Origin: Malacoraja senta
Taxonomy: Eukaryota
DNA length: 64,000 nt
Direction of reading: 5' to 3'
Assembly: GCA_038087875.1 (NCBI GenBank)
Contig: CM075988.1
Location: 19,904,001 to 19,968,000, forward strand
Shown here: positions 1 to 14,897 of the stretch, in pieces
Numbering within the stretch: the stretch's first letter is position 1
How the letters are laid out: the number at the start of each line of letters is the position of its first letter
Notes under the pieces: model-generated
Database searches by the model: none
Told to the model about the DNA's origin: nothing
Seen by the model: only the letters and a program-made list of their open reading frames with translations
Translations under genes and position numbers: made by a program

Positions 1-230
1 GTGCAGTTTGCATGTTCTCCTTGTGACTGCTTTGGTTTCCTCCTGTATCCTCCCACTTCCCAAAGACATGCAGGTTTGTAGGATAATTGGCCTCTGTAAA
101 CAAAATTGCCCCTAGTGTGTGTAAGAACATGGGATAGTATAGAATTAGTGTGAACTGGTAATCGATGGTCAGCATGGATGCGGTGGACAAGGTGTTATTT
201 CCATGCTGGATCTCTAAAGTAAGCTAAACT
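1..230 (+). mobile_element. HE1-like V-SINE, 5' part cut by window edge, diverged
   Basis: V-domain-like 'gtttgcatgttctccttgtg...ggtttcc...cccacttcccaaagac' and CR1-type tail, colinear with the copy at 693. Confidence 0.75.
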
Positions 231-692
231 ATTTCAGGACCAATCTAATGGCAAAAAGTACCTCAGAAACTACACACATTTTTACCAAAAACATCACAAA
301 ACATATATATGTACCACCAACAGCTTTCAATGCTTCTCCAGATCCCATAAAAGTAATCCAGGCTACTATTGCTCGAACACCCCAACTCTTTCCAGTTGCA
401 ACACCCTCTCCACTGCCACAACCTTCTCTCAGGTCTTCCCTTGCTTTCAGCCAGCTTGTCTTCGGGATCCCCTTTATCAGTCAAATCTCAATCCAACAAG
501 CTGCTCTGGTTCATCTAGGTAACTCCAGCTGGTTCCCTGTGGCTTTGGCCATTCCACATTCAATTGGTCACCCCCTCCCCTCCCCCCCCACATAACTTAA
601 AATCAATAATGGAGTCTGAACATTGTTCTCCAAAGTATACAGAAAGACACAGCTCTGGACAGATGAGGTCCGCCTCGCTCAACGTACAACAA

Positions 693-1020
693 GGGCGGCA
701 CAGTGGCACAGCGGTAGAGTTGCTGCCTTATAGCGCTTGCAGCACCAGAGACCCGGGTTCGATCCCGACTACGGGTGCTGTGTGTACGGAGTTTGTACGT
801 TCTCCCCGTGACCTGCGTGGGTTTTCTCCAAGATCTTCGGTTTCCTCCCACACTCCAAAGACGTACAGGTTTGCAGGTTAATTGGTTTGGTATGTGTAAA
901 AATCGTCCATAATGTGTGTGTAGGATAGTGTTAATGTGCGGGGATCGCTGGTCGGTGCAGACTCGGTGGGCCGAAGGGCCTGTTTCCACGCTGTATCTCT
1001 AAAAACTAAAAAAAGACTAA
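693..1020 (+). mobile_element. Full-length tRNA-derived V-SINE (HE1-like) with CR1-derived tail
   Basis: A box 'tggcacagcgg', B box 'ggttcgatccc', V-domain 'gagtttgtacgttctccccgtg...ggtttcctccca', tail 'gggccgaagggcctgtttcc...ctaaa'. Confidence 0.85.
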
Positions 1021-1114
1021 ACCAACAAAACCATGTGAACAAAGCCCTCACTGTAATAGAATAAAGGATGCATCACGCTCTTTTGAATGCAATATTAAAC
1101 TAAGCCCATCACAG

Positions 1115-1280
1115 AATGGAGACACGTGACTGCAGATGCTGGGATTTTGAGCAAAACCGTTTTGGAGGAACTCAGTATGTCAGACAGCATCTATTTTCCC
1201 CCCCTATTGCATCAGTCCTGTCCATTCCCTCACAGAACCTGCCTGACCAGCTGACTTCCTCCAGCACTTTGATTTTTTGC
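1115..1280. mobile_element. Diverged fold-back Penelope-end insertion
   Basis: 'ctgcagatgctgg...ggaggaactcag' followed by the inverted arm 'ctgcctgacc..ctgacttcctccagcac'. Confidence 0.6.
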
Positions 1281-1330
1281 CTGCCACAGAATACAAGATT
1301 GAGAGACATTATATAAAGTATGAGCTAGGC

Positions 1331-1499
1331 CAAGGGTTCCCAACCAGGGGGTAAATTTGTTGAATCTGGATTTGTACATATTTTTTCTCATTGACTGACT
1401 GTGTTCATCATTCATCATTAGTTGTTCATAAATAAGTGAAATAATATTGTCATGCGCTATTAAAGTTGCCAGGGGATGGAAAAAGGTTGGGAACCCCTG
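1331..1499. mobile_element. Non-autonomous hAT (Charlie-like) MITE
   Basis: TIRs caagggttcccaacc / ggttgggaacccctg; 8-bp TSD agctaggc (1323-1330) / agctaggg (1500-1507) with CTAG core. Confidence 0.85.
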
Positions 1500-1959
1500 A
1501 GCTAGGGTGTTCGTGTTGTTCTCATGGAATTCCTGGCTAATATTTGAAAATAAATGACTAAACCATCTTATCTGGCCATTGTCACAATAGCGTTCATGGG
1601 ATCTATTTGTGTACAAATTGCATCCTATAGGGAGAAACATGCCTTGAAGGTTCATGAGTAAGTGAGGAGGCCAGAAAATTGGGAAACAAAATGGAGGGAA
1701 AACCCAAGCAATCAAAATGTCATGTGTGAGGCAATTAAAGTCAATAGGCCAAGACCTTGGCTCTTAAAAGGTTTGTCCGCTGATTAAAGAGATTTTAACT
1801 GCTCATGGTTTAGGAATGGTGCAAAGAATCCCAAAAGTGATTTTAATCCTTGCATACTCTAATCTCACAGAGGATGCTTTAAAATTGAGCATAGGGAGTG
1901 GCTTGAGATACAGAGAGGGAGGAGGCAGAGGAAGTAGAGAACAAGAACAAGGACATTGA

Positions 1960-2095
1960 GTAAAATACAAAATGTTGGAAAAAATCAGCAGGTCAGGCAG
2001 CATCTATGGAGGGAATGGACAAGCTACGTTTTGGGTCAGGACCCTTCTTTGGAGTAATTTGCTCGAGATTCCAGCATCTGCAGTCTCTAGTGTCT
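1960..2095. mobile_element. Diverged Penelope-end insertion
   Basis: 'cagcaggtcaggcagcatctatggagggaatgg...acccttctt' then 'ttccagcatctgcagt'. Confidence 0.6.
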
Positions 2096-5000
2096 TCATA
2101 ATATGAAGAGGTGGCAACGACAGTGACAAGAAAGTGAGATAATTGTTTTCTTATTTTATCTGAAAATAACATTAAGATCAATTAATAAATGAATAAAGCT
2201 GTATGGCAGGTATTATCAACTGAATGAAAAGCCAATCACTGTGCATATCCACACCCTTTCTCACATCTGTTGAATGCTAACAATGGAAATACACTGAAAT
2301 GTAAAATTAACTCCAATTCCTATTCCATTTAGTGCCATACAAGGGGAGCAGTATGACAGCACATTGTGCATTCATTTCACTTCTGCTGTGCAATGACTCA
2401 AGGGTGACTATTGTGAGCTGAATAATAAGCTACAAAGCAAGTAATGGAAATTTTCTTAATGGGATCATTTGTTTAACAGGAACATTTGCTCGACTGCTGA
2501 TTCAACAGTGTGCAGCTTTTTGTTAAATAGGAATCAAGTAAAAGAAATGTTCATCACTTGCTGCTGGAATGTCCAATTAACAAGGCATCAAAGCTGAAAA
2601 CATTGCTCAAAAGAAAGCTTCTGAATAGACTACAAATATTCTGGAACTCAGAGTGAGTTGTGCCTGCAATTCCACACCTTTGATACCACTGGTCTCAGCA
2701 ACCCATCAAGAGAAGGCAGCAATCCAGTGGCCAGTGGAAGGGAAAGGAAGATAAATATTGCAGGGGCGATTGGTTTGTTGCACACCGTGCAATAAACCTC
2801 ATGTTGCAGCCACTCCTGGTGCGTCAACTCATGTATCAGATTTGGTTTATTATTGTCCCATGAACCAAAATACAGAGAGAAACATTATTTGGCAAACTAT
2901 CCAGGCAGATTGTACCATATATGTGTACAGCAGATAGTGGGAAAGAGAAAATAAACAGAGTGCGACGTCTACAGAGAAAGTGCAGGGAAAAAAGTGCAAG
3001 GACTGCAGCAAGGTAGATTGTAAGATCTCATATCCTTTGCTTATGAGAGATCTATCTACCAAAGGGTTAGCAAGACCAGAAAAAAAACGATACTTTATTC
3101 AATGTTATGCTCCTAATAATTGCTTCAGGTGACTATTCCGTTATAACCAAAACAAACACTAGAAGAACACAATTGGTCAAGCAGCATTTATGAAGCCAAA
3201 TGCTTTGGTTAAATTGATATCATGACATTAAAAACTAATGAGGGAGAAAAATGATTCTGAGGTCAATCTGACAAATAAGATCAAATCAAACGTTATGAGC
3301 TTATACAGCGTGGAAACAGGCCCTTCGGCCCAACTTGCCCACACCAGCCAACATGTCCCAGCTACAGTAGTCCCACCTCCCCGCGTTTGGCCCATATACT
3401 TCTTGGATATAACAGAGAAAGAATGCAGCTAAAAAAAAGGCAAGACATGGACAATAATAATAGGAAACAAGAAATGGCAGATGTTAGACAAGGATTTACA
3501 TTTGCCTTCATGGTGGAGGTTACAGCAAACATCCCAAAGATAGCAACGTTTACTTTGCTAGTTTTCATACCCTACAACTGGAGAGCAGTCCTGAACTACC
3601 ATCTTTTCATGGGGACTCTCGGACTATCTTTGATTGGAATTTACTGGCTTTATCTTGCACTAAACGTTATTCACTTTATTCCCTTATGTTTTTGTATACT
3701 GTGGATGGCTTGATTGTAATCATGTATTGTCTTTCCGCTGATTGGTGGGCACACAACAAAAGCTTTTCACTGTACCTCAGTACACGTGACAATTAACTAA
3801 ACTCTCAACTCATACAGAAGATATCAACTTGCAACAATCTCTATCATGAGGAACAAGGTATTGGAAAAACTTGCGGAACTAAAAAGGACATGTCACCAGG
3901 ACCCCATGGACTCTCCGAAGGGTTTGAAAGAAAATGGCTGTAGGGAAAGTAGGGCCATTGGCTACTATTTTTCAAAACTGACTGAGTTTCAGAATGGTGC
4001 CCCATTTGCAATCTCTCTCCTTTCAGCAGAATGAAAAGGCAGACTATTAGCTGACAGAGAGCGACTGCAAATGAGGGGACTACAGGGGGAACTTGGTGTT
4101 GTTGTGCATGAAACACAAAAGGTCAGCATGTGGATACTGAAAGTAATTAAGAAAGGAAACAACACATTCACCTTTATCGCTAAGAGTTGAGGCCTGGGAT
4201 AGATCAGCCATGATGATATTGGATTTTAGAGCAGGCTTAAGTGGCCAACTGATCTTATTCTCTTATGTGTAAAAGAGAGATAAAAATTAGCAAATTAAGT
4301 GGTGCATGTTTGACTACAGGGCAAAAATGAAGATTGTTCATTAAACATTATAAGATTCCTTTCAACATTTTAATATATTATTCAGTGTGGCACATGTTAA
4401 CTTAATCAATCTGGGATTCAGTTCAAAAGCCCCATGGAAAATACTGAGCACCCAGATGAATGCTTGGGCCTTTGCAATGACAGGCGCAACAGTACAATAT
4501 GTCAAGTCACTATTTCAGATTGTTGCCTTCCAGCTACAAATGCCATACGCCAGATGAAGCAGAGAATAGCATTCATGCATTAACAAAACCATGTGAAATG
4601 GGAGCCGGAAGGAGAGAGAGCCAGAAGGATCAGAAGATGGCTTGGTGTTAGGGATTGTCTAGTCCATGAAGGAACTGACTGGGTCCAAGAAGCACAGCAA
4701 TTATCTGCTGTACACACATATGGTACAATCTGCCTGGACAGTTTGCCAAACATAGATTTCACCCAATGTGCACTGAGATGGGACAGCAGTCAATGGAGAC
4801 AAGAAACAAATGGCTGGAAAAACTCAACCAAATCAGGCAACATCTGAGGAAGCAAAGTGATGGTCAACATTTCGGGTCAAAATCATGCATCTTGTGCTGC
4901 TAGTTTATAGAGACAGTTGTAGTAAATTCCACCCACTTTGTCCAATAAATGTTAGCAAGTAACATTTCTCAAGATGCAAATACCAGAGAGCATCTAAGAT

Positions 5001-8000
5001 CCAGCCTGTGGCCTTTGGCAAGCATCACTTGTGGTAAGATCTGCATCACAACAATGTTTCTCAAATGCAAAACGCACATACCTGCAAAACCTTTCCCAAA
5101 ATGTATATCATATTCCAGCAGCTCCAAATGAACTTGGAAAAATGAGCAAAAGGTGCACAGGAGGCTGCAGAGTTGTGTAAATGATAAAGATTCATATTAT
5201 AAACTGAAACTGTCCTACAACTCAAAGAAGTTATCTTTCCAGCATCTGCAGTTCTCTCTTAAACAATATAACTCAAAGATGCTTTTCCTGTAGGAAACAA
5301 GAGTCCTGGAATCACAGAGCAAGCCCTTCAGCCCCACAAGTCCATGCAGACCATTAAGTTGCCCATTTATATTGCTCCCACACTAATCCCATTTTATACT
5401 TCCATCAACTCCTGCCAGAATCGACCCGTCAACTATATTCTCGGGGCAATTTACAGCTGCCAAGTTATCTACCTACCCAGATGTTTTGGGGCAGGAGGTG
5501 GTAGGAACCTGAGCACCTCGAGGAAACCTATGCTAGAGAACAGAGGTCAGGATTGAACCTGAGTTTCTGGAGCCGGACTTGCTATGCCACTTTGACATCC
5601 CATTATTCCAGAAAATCTCCAGTTTTTACCACAAGCTCTCTTGATTTCTGGCATCTCACCCATGCACTGTCTGCTTTGAATCACCTTCAATGGTAAAGAC
5701 AGACAGAATTGCAATATTTCCCACAGCTGAGATAGATGGAGCTGTGGAGGAGCAGAGGGACCTGGATTTCAACATGCACAATTCGGCACAAGCTAGTGAA
5801 CAGATGCAAAGCATAACAGAATATTGCCCTTTAACACAAGAAGGGCAGTAATACAAAAGTTAGGAATTTAAATTGCACTGCAACTGACGGCAGTCATATG
5901 TCAACTGCAATATTACTTTTTGTCGTGCCCAGAGGAACATAAGGAAAGATACAGTATGAATAGCACAGACTCACTACAAAGACAGAGACTGGCAACATTA
6001 TATGGATTGTTCATTCATTTACTTGATGCAACATTGCTGATAAGCCAATATTTATTGGTCACTCTGATTGCCCTTGCCTGGCACTCGCCAAAAAAGGCGC
6101 TTAAGGGGCAATTATAGCGCTATGTGTCTGGATTACACGTAGGGCAGACAGGTAGAGGTAGCAGATTTCCTTCCCCAAATGATTTAAGAGCACTCTGTTC
6201 CCAGTAGCTGCCCCAAGCTTTTTATTCCAGATTTATTTGGTTAATGGAATTTAAATCCTCCACTTCTTAGAAGGGGAGATGAACACTATCTTCAAATGGG
6301 GTTACTGGATACTGAAGGATGGAACCAGCAGATTAAAAAAATTGATTTGTACTCCCATTGATTTATTTTGCCTTTCTTGTGAGTGTGGCACCATGTTAGG
6401 ACAGCAACATTATATCACTTTCTATCACTCCTGAAGTGTTGAGTGGACAGAACGGATAAGCACAGTACCAGAAGATTCTGGTCTAATGTTGCATGTCAGA
6501 GAACGTTCAACTTCTCCAGTTTCTCTCACCAGTTTCCGGATATTCTGAAGCCACAACTTTAAATCCATATAAACATGCTGCTACATACCCCATTGTTACA
6601 TGACCCCAACTCAATTACAAACTGCACCTTCCTTGCCTGCCTTTCGATGCCCTCATTCTAAAATCCCGTTTCTTGTCTTCAATCCAGTTCATTGCTACCA
6701 ACACCTCACTTACCAGCACATTCCAGTCTTGTTTGCCTTCTGGAGTTCCTCATACCTTTTCTCACATCAACGGTTTTACAAGGTTCACCTGCCACAGCTC
6801 AAGTCCATCCTTTAACTGTACAGCATTGCTTGCCTGCTCCTGCATTCATGTTATAGATGTTTCCAGGATGCTGAGCCAAACACATTGTCAGCAATAAGTG
6901 GCCTTTAAAATCTTTTATAAGCTGTTCATGCTTTATAAGTTTTAATCATCCATGTCAGATCCATTTCTTGCGATATCTCCGTTTCTTTCAACTGCTCTGC
7001 TTTTCCACAATAGATAGGACACAGAGCTACTATCCTTTCATATGATGTTATCAGCAATGCCATCGGCATTTGATCACACGGCCATGAAAGCCGGGTTACA
7101 TTCTCAAATGTACTCGGTTCCGTTATCCAAGTTAGCAATATAGATTGTAAATGGTGGAGGCTCCACTAGACACTGACCTCTAATCCTAAATTGACTTGTT
7201 GATCCTGACTCTTAGGTTAATCCCTGGTACATTAACCCCTCACCTGTGCACCCTAACCTTGTGCAGGAACCTCTCTGTCACTTTGTCATTTGCCTTGTGG
7301 ACATCTAAATCCACCAGATCTCTCTATCCTCTTTTACTGCAATGTAAACAGTAGTCCATTAAACATAATTGTTCTTTAAGGTAGCGGTCAAAGGCCACAT
7401 TCTCTGAATGATGGAAGGATTGGACTCTGCATCAGGGAAGAACAAAACTTTGTTGTGTTGGCAGTGTGATAAGGCTTGGAGATGCCCAGCATCAAGAATG
7501 GATTAAATCTGCCTGCAAACATCATGTGGGGCGCCACAGCTGTAGTGCTGAGCGTCAGCTGAGAGCACTGTCTGAGATGGGCGAAGCTTCCTCCTCTTGC
7601 TGAGTGGACAGGTGTCGCAGGGGAAGGTCTCCTTTCTCCAACCACATGCAGACTCCTGTCACATCCCCATCACATGTCAAGATGTGGCACAGCTTTGCTG
7701 ACTTGAAATTAACAACAAGCTGCTTGTGAATTTAATGTAGATGTGGAGAAAGTCCCAGCGTAATCCTGGCCTCTGGCCCTCATCCACAGATGCACAGAGG
7801 CAGCTTGTAGATCCTGTGTTCCTGCCATCTCCTCTCTGTGAAACGCACATTGCAAGGGAATTGGGCTGGAGGGTGAGCAGGTGGGGGAAGCATTTCTAAT
7901 ACATTGACCTCTCAGCTCCAGGGTTTCCTCGGCATGGACTGATGTTGTGTATTCGAGGAATTTCATTCTGGTTTGATAAGAATTAAACTGGTGCCTGAAT

Positions 8001-8299
8001 GTAAAGGCTGAATTTAAGCTAAAGTGTAGACTGTGTTAGAACTGTTTGCAGAACTGATTGAAAATCTCAGAATGCTTTCCCTGATGTGTTGTATTATTCA
8101 GTAGCACTTAGAACAGCAGTGGTGGGGAACTGCTGGCAGAGTTGTGAGGATCACCTCCCTCTGTTGTGGAGACCAGTTGGAATCGGGGAACCACTTCTGG
8201 TGATGGTTTATACTGCACCAATACTACATCCCACATTGATAACTAAAGCAATATCTCCCTCCAGAACAAGGAATGGTACTACAGGCATACAAATCCAAA

Positions 8300-8400
8300 G
8301 AGAAGAACAATACGCAATACGCAATACGCAAGGACAGCACCTCACTTTCCCCTTGGGTAGCCCACAATTCAAAGGCATGAACATTGAATTATCCAATTGC
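8300..8400 (+). mobile_element. Penelope ORF C-terminal relic
   Basis: Peptide QHLTFPLGSPQFKGMNIELSN; its start resembles KLEEQHLI of the 15 kb element and recalled PLE ORF ends. Confidence 0.5.
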
Positions 8401-8694
8401 TCCCAGCTTTTTCACACAAAGGGTGCAGGCTGTATAGAACGAACTGCCAAATGAAGTGGTTGAGACAAGTATTACAACAACATTTACTGTAAAATACATT
8501 GGACGGATACATGGAGAGGAAGGTTTCAAGGAACATGACCAAATGGTACTAGCTCACTGAACTAAAAACACTTAGTGCAACCCTGACGGTGAGTTTCCTT
8601 GTCATTGGTGCCATCTTTTTGTTGTGACAGTAACATTTAAAAGAAGGACAGGAATTAACCCTGGTATCACGGAACCAATATTTCTGCATCAAAC

Positions 8695-9772
8695 TCATAG
8701 TCATAGACTACAGCTCTGTTTTCACTACTATTATTCCATCCAAGCTCAATAAACTCGTAGAACTTGGAGTTAGGATTCCCCTCTGCAACTGGATTCTCGA
8801 CTTCCTGGCCAACAAGACCACAATCAGTGAGGTTGGGTGACAAATCATTCTCTACGTTAATCTTCAACACTGGTTCCCTGCAAGGATGCCTTCTCAGCCC
8901 CCTTCTATACTCCTTATACACTCAGTGACTTTGCAGCCAAATACCAATCCAACTCAATTTACAAATTTGCAGGCGACACCGTGGGCTGGATATCAGATAA
9001 AGACGAGACGGAGTACAAGAAGGAGATTGAGAACCTCCTAACCTGGTTCCAAGACAACAACCTCTCCCTCAATGTCAGTAAGACAAAGGTGATTGACTTC
9101 AGAAAGCAAAGCTGTACATGCATTCATTGATGGCACCGAAGTAGAGATTGTTGAAAACTTAGGAATAAATATCAGCAGCAATTTGTCCTGGACCAGCTAC
9201 ATCGAAGCTATGGCCAAGAAAGCACAAGAACACCTTGACTTCCTTAGGTTTAGGAAGTTTGGTATGTCCCCAACAACCCACACCAACTTCTACAGATGAA
9301 CCATAGAAAGCATTTTATCAGGATGCATAACAGCATGGTTTGGGAACAACTCCATTAAAGACTGCAAGAAACCAACCTCCGTTTCATTGACTCCATCGAC
9401 ACTTCACGCTGCCTCGGCAAGGCCACCAGCATAATCAAGGACCCATCTTACCTCTCTCACTCCTTCTTCTCCCCTCTTCCAGATTCAGGGACAGTTTCTT
9501 CTCAGCTGTTATCAGGCAACTGAACCATCCTTTCACCAACTAGAGAGCAATCCTAACCACCCATCTACGTCATTGGAGACCTTCGAACTATCTTTAATCA
9601 GACTTTATAGACTTTATCTTGCACTAAACGTCATACTCTTTATCCCATATCTGTATACCATGGACGGCTTGATTGTAATCATGTATAGTCCATTCGTTGA
9701 CTGAATAGCATGAAACAAAAGGCTTTTCATTGTAACTCGGTACATGTGACAATAATAAACTAAATTAAACTC
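8695..9772 (+). mobile_element. Rex1/Babar LINE, 5'-truncated and decayed
   Basis: IDYSS, NTGSLQGCLLSPLLYSLYT, KFAGDT, WFQDNNLSLNVSKTK, KKAQEHL, WFGN; tail 'tgacaataataaactaaa'. Confidence 0.85.
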
Positions 9773-10789
9773 AATCAACATCTCAAAAGCAGTCTATTTT
9801 ACATTGTCATACGTGGAAGTTTGCTATGAGCAAGTTGGATGCTGCAATTACACTTGACAATATGCCTGTAGATTCTATTCTTGTGATCTGTGGCACCACT
9901 CCTCAGATTGTGATATCTTACTTGCAGGGAAAATTAATTTCCCCCAACAATAAGAAAATCTGTACAGCAAATAAGACTGAACAATTAGCCGTAGAACTTA
10001 TCAAGATGTTATGCCTTATTGATATTTCAATGTCCCCTGCCACTTTGGCCAGTTAACTGAGATCTACGTGGATTACACTTACTTTGAGTAAGCTCTAACA
10101 TAAAGAAAAATGTGCCTAGCTGTGGAGGGTCAGACGTAGGTGAACAAGGGAATGAGCTTGAGGAGATTATCCATCTATTGCATTTCCAATATCTGGCTAA
10201 CGTACAAATCTCTCACAATGCTTGTCATTTTTCATTCTTGAAGCTCTGAAGATCATGCAACTATTTCACCCAAAGCAAATAAATCATCTTAATTAATTGC
10301 TTTTGCGAGAGAAAATTGCCTGGTAATGTTATTTGGTCTTATTTTGTTGAATTAGCAGAAATGTGCTTTGTATCTGCACTGATAGCTCCGCACTCCTGGG
10401 ATAATAACTATTGAACAGGAATGAACGTTCCCCTGGCAACTCGGCACTTGAAATGTTGCATTGCATTCTTCATCCTAGGTTTGAATGATGTTGAACAGAT
10501 GAGGCTAACTTAAAGCACTCTAGGAAACAAATGCCACAGCTTTCCAACTGGAGAGTAATCCTATATACCATTAAACAATGATGATCAAATGAACCAGCTG
10601 CTCTGAATTATAATTGACTTTGCATGACTAATGTAGGCACACTTAACGAGATGAACACATGCATAGCCCTGGAGACCTCATCTGGACGACAATGCATACA
10701 TCACGGTTAGAACGCTGTCACTTTCACTTAGGCAGTAAATCATACTGGAGTGAAGCTTTAATGAGAGTGGTATGGAGGAAAAGAAGTAA

Positions 10790-11070
10790 AAAACACTACG
10801 GGATGAACTCAGTGGGTCAGACAGTATCTGTGGAGGAAAAGACAGATGATATTTCAGGTCAGGTTACTGCTTCAGACTGTTGGAGTAAGGCAAAGCCTGG
10901 CAGGCGCCTCACCCACTCTTTTCCAGATTCCTCACCCTACTCCTTCAGTCTGAAGAAGGGTCCCGGCCCGAAAGAATGCCGTCCATTCCTTCCACAGATA
11001 CTGCCTGATTTGCCGAATTCCTCCAGCACTTTGAGTTTTGCACCAGATTCCAGCATCTGCAGTCACTTGT
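10790..11070. mobile_element. Diverged fold-back Penelope-end insertion with HHR-like motif
   Basis: 'gtctgaagaagggtcccggcccgaaa' at ~10948-10973; inverted arms on both sides. Confidence 0.65.
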
Positions 11071-14000
11071 GGCTCCAGGAAAAGAAACAGCTCTGCGCTG
11101 GCTAACCTAGCGATGGAGACAGGGTCTAGTTCTATGAATTGCAAGAACATCAAAATATGTACTGGCCCCAAAAGAAGAAATCAAATGGGAAAGAGAGGTT
11201 TCAATTGACAAAGAGCAAAGTTCTAAAATGTCGACAAGTCCGAGTTCAGTTCGCAAGCATGCCTGATGTGTTCCTGGTATTCTGCAAGCCATGTTGATAT
11301 TTCCTGAACATAAAACTGAAAACAGCATGATAAATCCTGTTCATAAAAAAGTGAGAGTTTGTGAAAGACACAAGTATCCGATCTCTCCATTCTGCTAAGA
11401 AGGCCTATTAGAGATTTAGCTGTTAAGCTTGCTGACAAATATATTAGATAGCTTGGATTACAGGCATCTCTGTGCAAAGGCAGTGTGTGATTTACTCAAA
11501 CAAAAATCTATTACTGAAATACATGCAAAGCAGTAGAACATTTATTAGGCTTATAGTACAAAAATTCTGATGTGTGCTAAACAACAGAAATGAGCCTGCA
11601 TCCAACACTTTTAATATAATGAAATCTTTCAAGATGTTTAATGGGATTCTAGTAAACAAATTTTAACAGCCCCACAAAGGAACACAGATTAATAAATGTT
11701 CAGGCCAAGAGCACTGCCGAGAAATTGGACTGATTTGCACGTGCTGTTGACCAAAACATTGTGGATAAAAGCAGTTTCCTTTCGGTTGGATCACTGGGCA
11801 TTATATCTGGATCAATGAGTGCCATTAGAAAATGGGCCACAGTCACTTCCAAGTCTGAATCCCCTTCGCAATACTGATGTTGGCCCAGCATCAGGCACTG
11901 AGCTCATGACACCATCTTTGTGAATACCAACATGAACTGGTGTATAAATACCAAGCATATAAATCCTTCAGAAATTCAGGCACAAAATGAAAATTGACAA
12001 CACAAGGAACAGCAGATACTGGAATCTTGAGCAAAGTGCTATAGTAACCCAGCGGGTCAGGCAGTGTCTGTGGAGGAATTGAACAGGCGATGTTTCGGGA
12101 CATAAATGGACGTTCCTCAGCGTGATCTTTATGTTTAACGCCCAGCTTGGTCCGACAGTTGTCATTGCTCTTGGCTTATGCAGAGGCTCCCTCAAGAATT
12201 GCTGGAATTTTACAGAAGCACCACAGTCTGGGTTGCTGCTCCTTCTGAACAGTGTAGGGCTGGGACCTGTGTAACAACCCCTCAAATGCTTCACTGATGC
12301 AATGTTCATGGAGGAAACAAGACTGGTGTTGACACATTGTAAGGGAATATATTGAATTGATGATGCAGTGAACACAGAGAAAGGCATTTCACAATGTACT
12401 GATTGGAGTGGAGGGAAGAAAGATAGAAAAGAAAAATGGGGACGGGGCAATAGCAAGTGATAGGTGGATACAGGTGGGGGGTGTTGATTGGCAGATGGGC
12501 TAAGTAAGTGTTACGGAACTAAAGAATCACGCAACTTCATCTCCGACAGGGATTTAGTTCTACACAGCCAACATTTACAGTGGGTTAGGTGGAGAGGCCA
12601 GTTATAGCCAAAGGATCCTGAAACGTCAGGGAGTTAGTTGAGTTCCTGTTAAGGTTGGATCACATTAACTTGTAGATCTGTTGTCGCCCCCGATCTGGAC
12701 AAATGGACAACCTGGACACAGAAAGGAGTGAACATCAGCAGTAGGACGTTACAACTGTGGATCTGTAGGGAGTTTCCCTGGCAATAGGGAGAGGTAGCAA
12801 TCAAAATTAGAGGGAATTTGGCACCATTTTTAAAAACATTTAGACAGATACCTGGATAGAAATAAACATTGGAATACGGGTCAAATGAAGGCAAATGGGA
12901 CTAACTCACATGGGTACCTTGGCCAACATGGACGAGTTTGGCTGAAGGGCCTGTTTCCATCATGTATAACTCTTTGAATCCAGGACTCTAAGATATTTTC
13001 AGTGATTTATAACATCAAACTGACCTGAAGGTGCGCTGTCCTGAAATACATCAGAGAGGCTGACCCCTTGTTACCTTCAGCCCAGTAGTTGAGTATCTTC
13101 AGCGCAGAGGGAATGTGAATGAAAGACAAATAGTAATAGACAATAGACAATAGGTGCAGGAGTAGGCCATTTGGCCTTTTGAGCCAGCACCACCATTCAC
13201 TGATCATGGCTGATGTTAACACTGATGTTTTGCTGATGTCATTTCAAAAAGCATATTGTAAGAAATTTGAAAATGTAAAAACTTAAGAGAGCAAGTCTTT
13301 ATTTTGTTATATGTGGGTAATGTGTCAATGACAGTATTTTGCTGAGATAGTTTAAGCTGTTGATTACCCAGTTATCTATTCATTTCTCCTAAGCACAAAA
13401 ATTTAGAATTAGGGACCCTAAGTAAATATTTCTGTACAATATTTAGATTTTATATTCAATTATACTGTAAGATATAATTTTAGTATCAAATCACAAATCA
13501 TTCAATGCGTGGAAGTTTTTTTTTACACCTGTCATCTGTAGGATGCAAATATAATTATTTGTGATTTAAGTCTATAAATCTTTCCGCGTGTAGTTTCTTC
13601 ATATTAATCTTGCAGTTTGTTCAGTTCTGTGACAGCAGAAACATTCTGTGCCGACTCTCTCCCACACGATCACCGCAATGACACTGCACATTGGAAAGTA
13701 TTCATTTGCCATTAGGGAACATAAAATAACCTTTCTCATGTCTTAAATAGATTTTGACTTGCATGAGAAATGCAACATATCTAACTTTCAATCTGACAGA
13801 ATTTGTAACCTTCATAATGTAAGCGCATTTCGTAAAACTGCTCCATAAACTTAGTTTGAATAGACAAACTTAGCCTAATGTTCCGCAACCTTGCCAAACA
13901 GAATTTCATTTTCCAGATTGCCCATTATACAATTTATGGAAAATGCATATTTTTCTTGATGAGGTTGCAGCTTTTAAATTATGCAATGAACCCGAGCCCA

Positions 14001-14897
14001 GTCAGAAAGGGCAGAAACAAAAACAAGAAGCTTCACTGGTGGCATAAGGAACTGAACATGCTGGACTTGAGCAAAACACAAAATGCTGGAGGAACTCAAC
14101 GGGTCAGGCAGCATCTGTGGAGGGAATGGATAGATGTTGTTTCGGTCAGGACCCTTCTTCATAAGTTCGTAAGTCATGGGATCAGAAGTGGGCCATTCAG
14201 CCCATTGAGTCTATTCTGCCATTCAATCATGGCTGATCTATCTTTCCCTCTCAACCCCACTCTCCTGCCTTCTCCCCATAACCGTTGACATCCTTGCTAT
14301 ATAAGTCCTTTATGGAGTGTAGATACCTTAGGTCCAGGTTTAACCTGAACTGAGAGGCCTGGAATTGGAGCTGGAAGGCACTGGGTGGTCAGAGCATTCA
14401 GAAACAAAGGAAATATATTAGGGCAGTCTAATTTAAGAAGAAATCTCCAGAATTTCTTTCAAGTAACAGTCAAAAAACCCCACAGAGAGTCGCTGATAAT
14501 GCCAGCTTCATATCCATTCAACCTCCCCTTTCCCCACATTAGAACAGGACAGTGGTATTCATGCCTATTCCAGCTTGATGAGGTTTCAGGATGTAAACAG
14601 CTTTAAGTGAAAGACTTGCGTTTAGACAGAAATCCTATTGATGATGAAGTGGTGCCAAAGCAGATTCTAATAGGAACACTTCCACTACAGAATCTGTGCA
14701 GCATCCAATTCTCACCAAAAACCTGCAACATAAGCAATAGATTTCATTTCTGTGATGCAGCTCATATAATCATACAACACGGAAAAAGGACCAGTCCAAC
14801 CAAGATGCCCCATCTAAGCTTGTCTCTTTTGTGCACGCTTGGCCCATATCCCTCTAAACCTTTCTTATCCATGTACCTGTCTAAGTGTCCTTTAAAT

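Noticed and set aside
693..775. tRNA gene
   Set aside because: The A/B boxes belong to a SINE head that continues into the V-domain and LINE tail.
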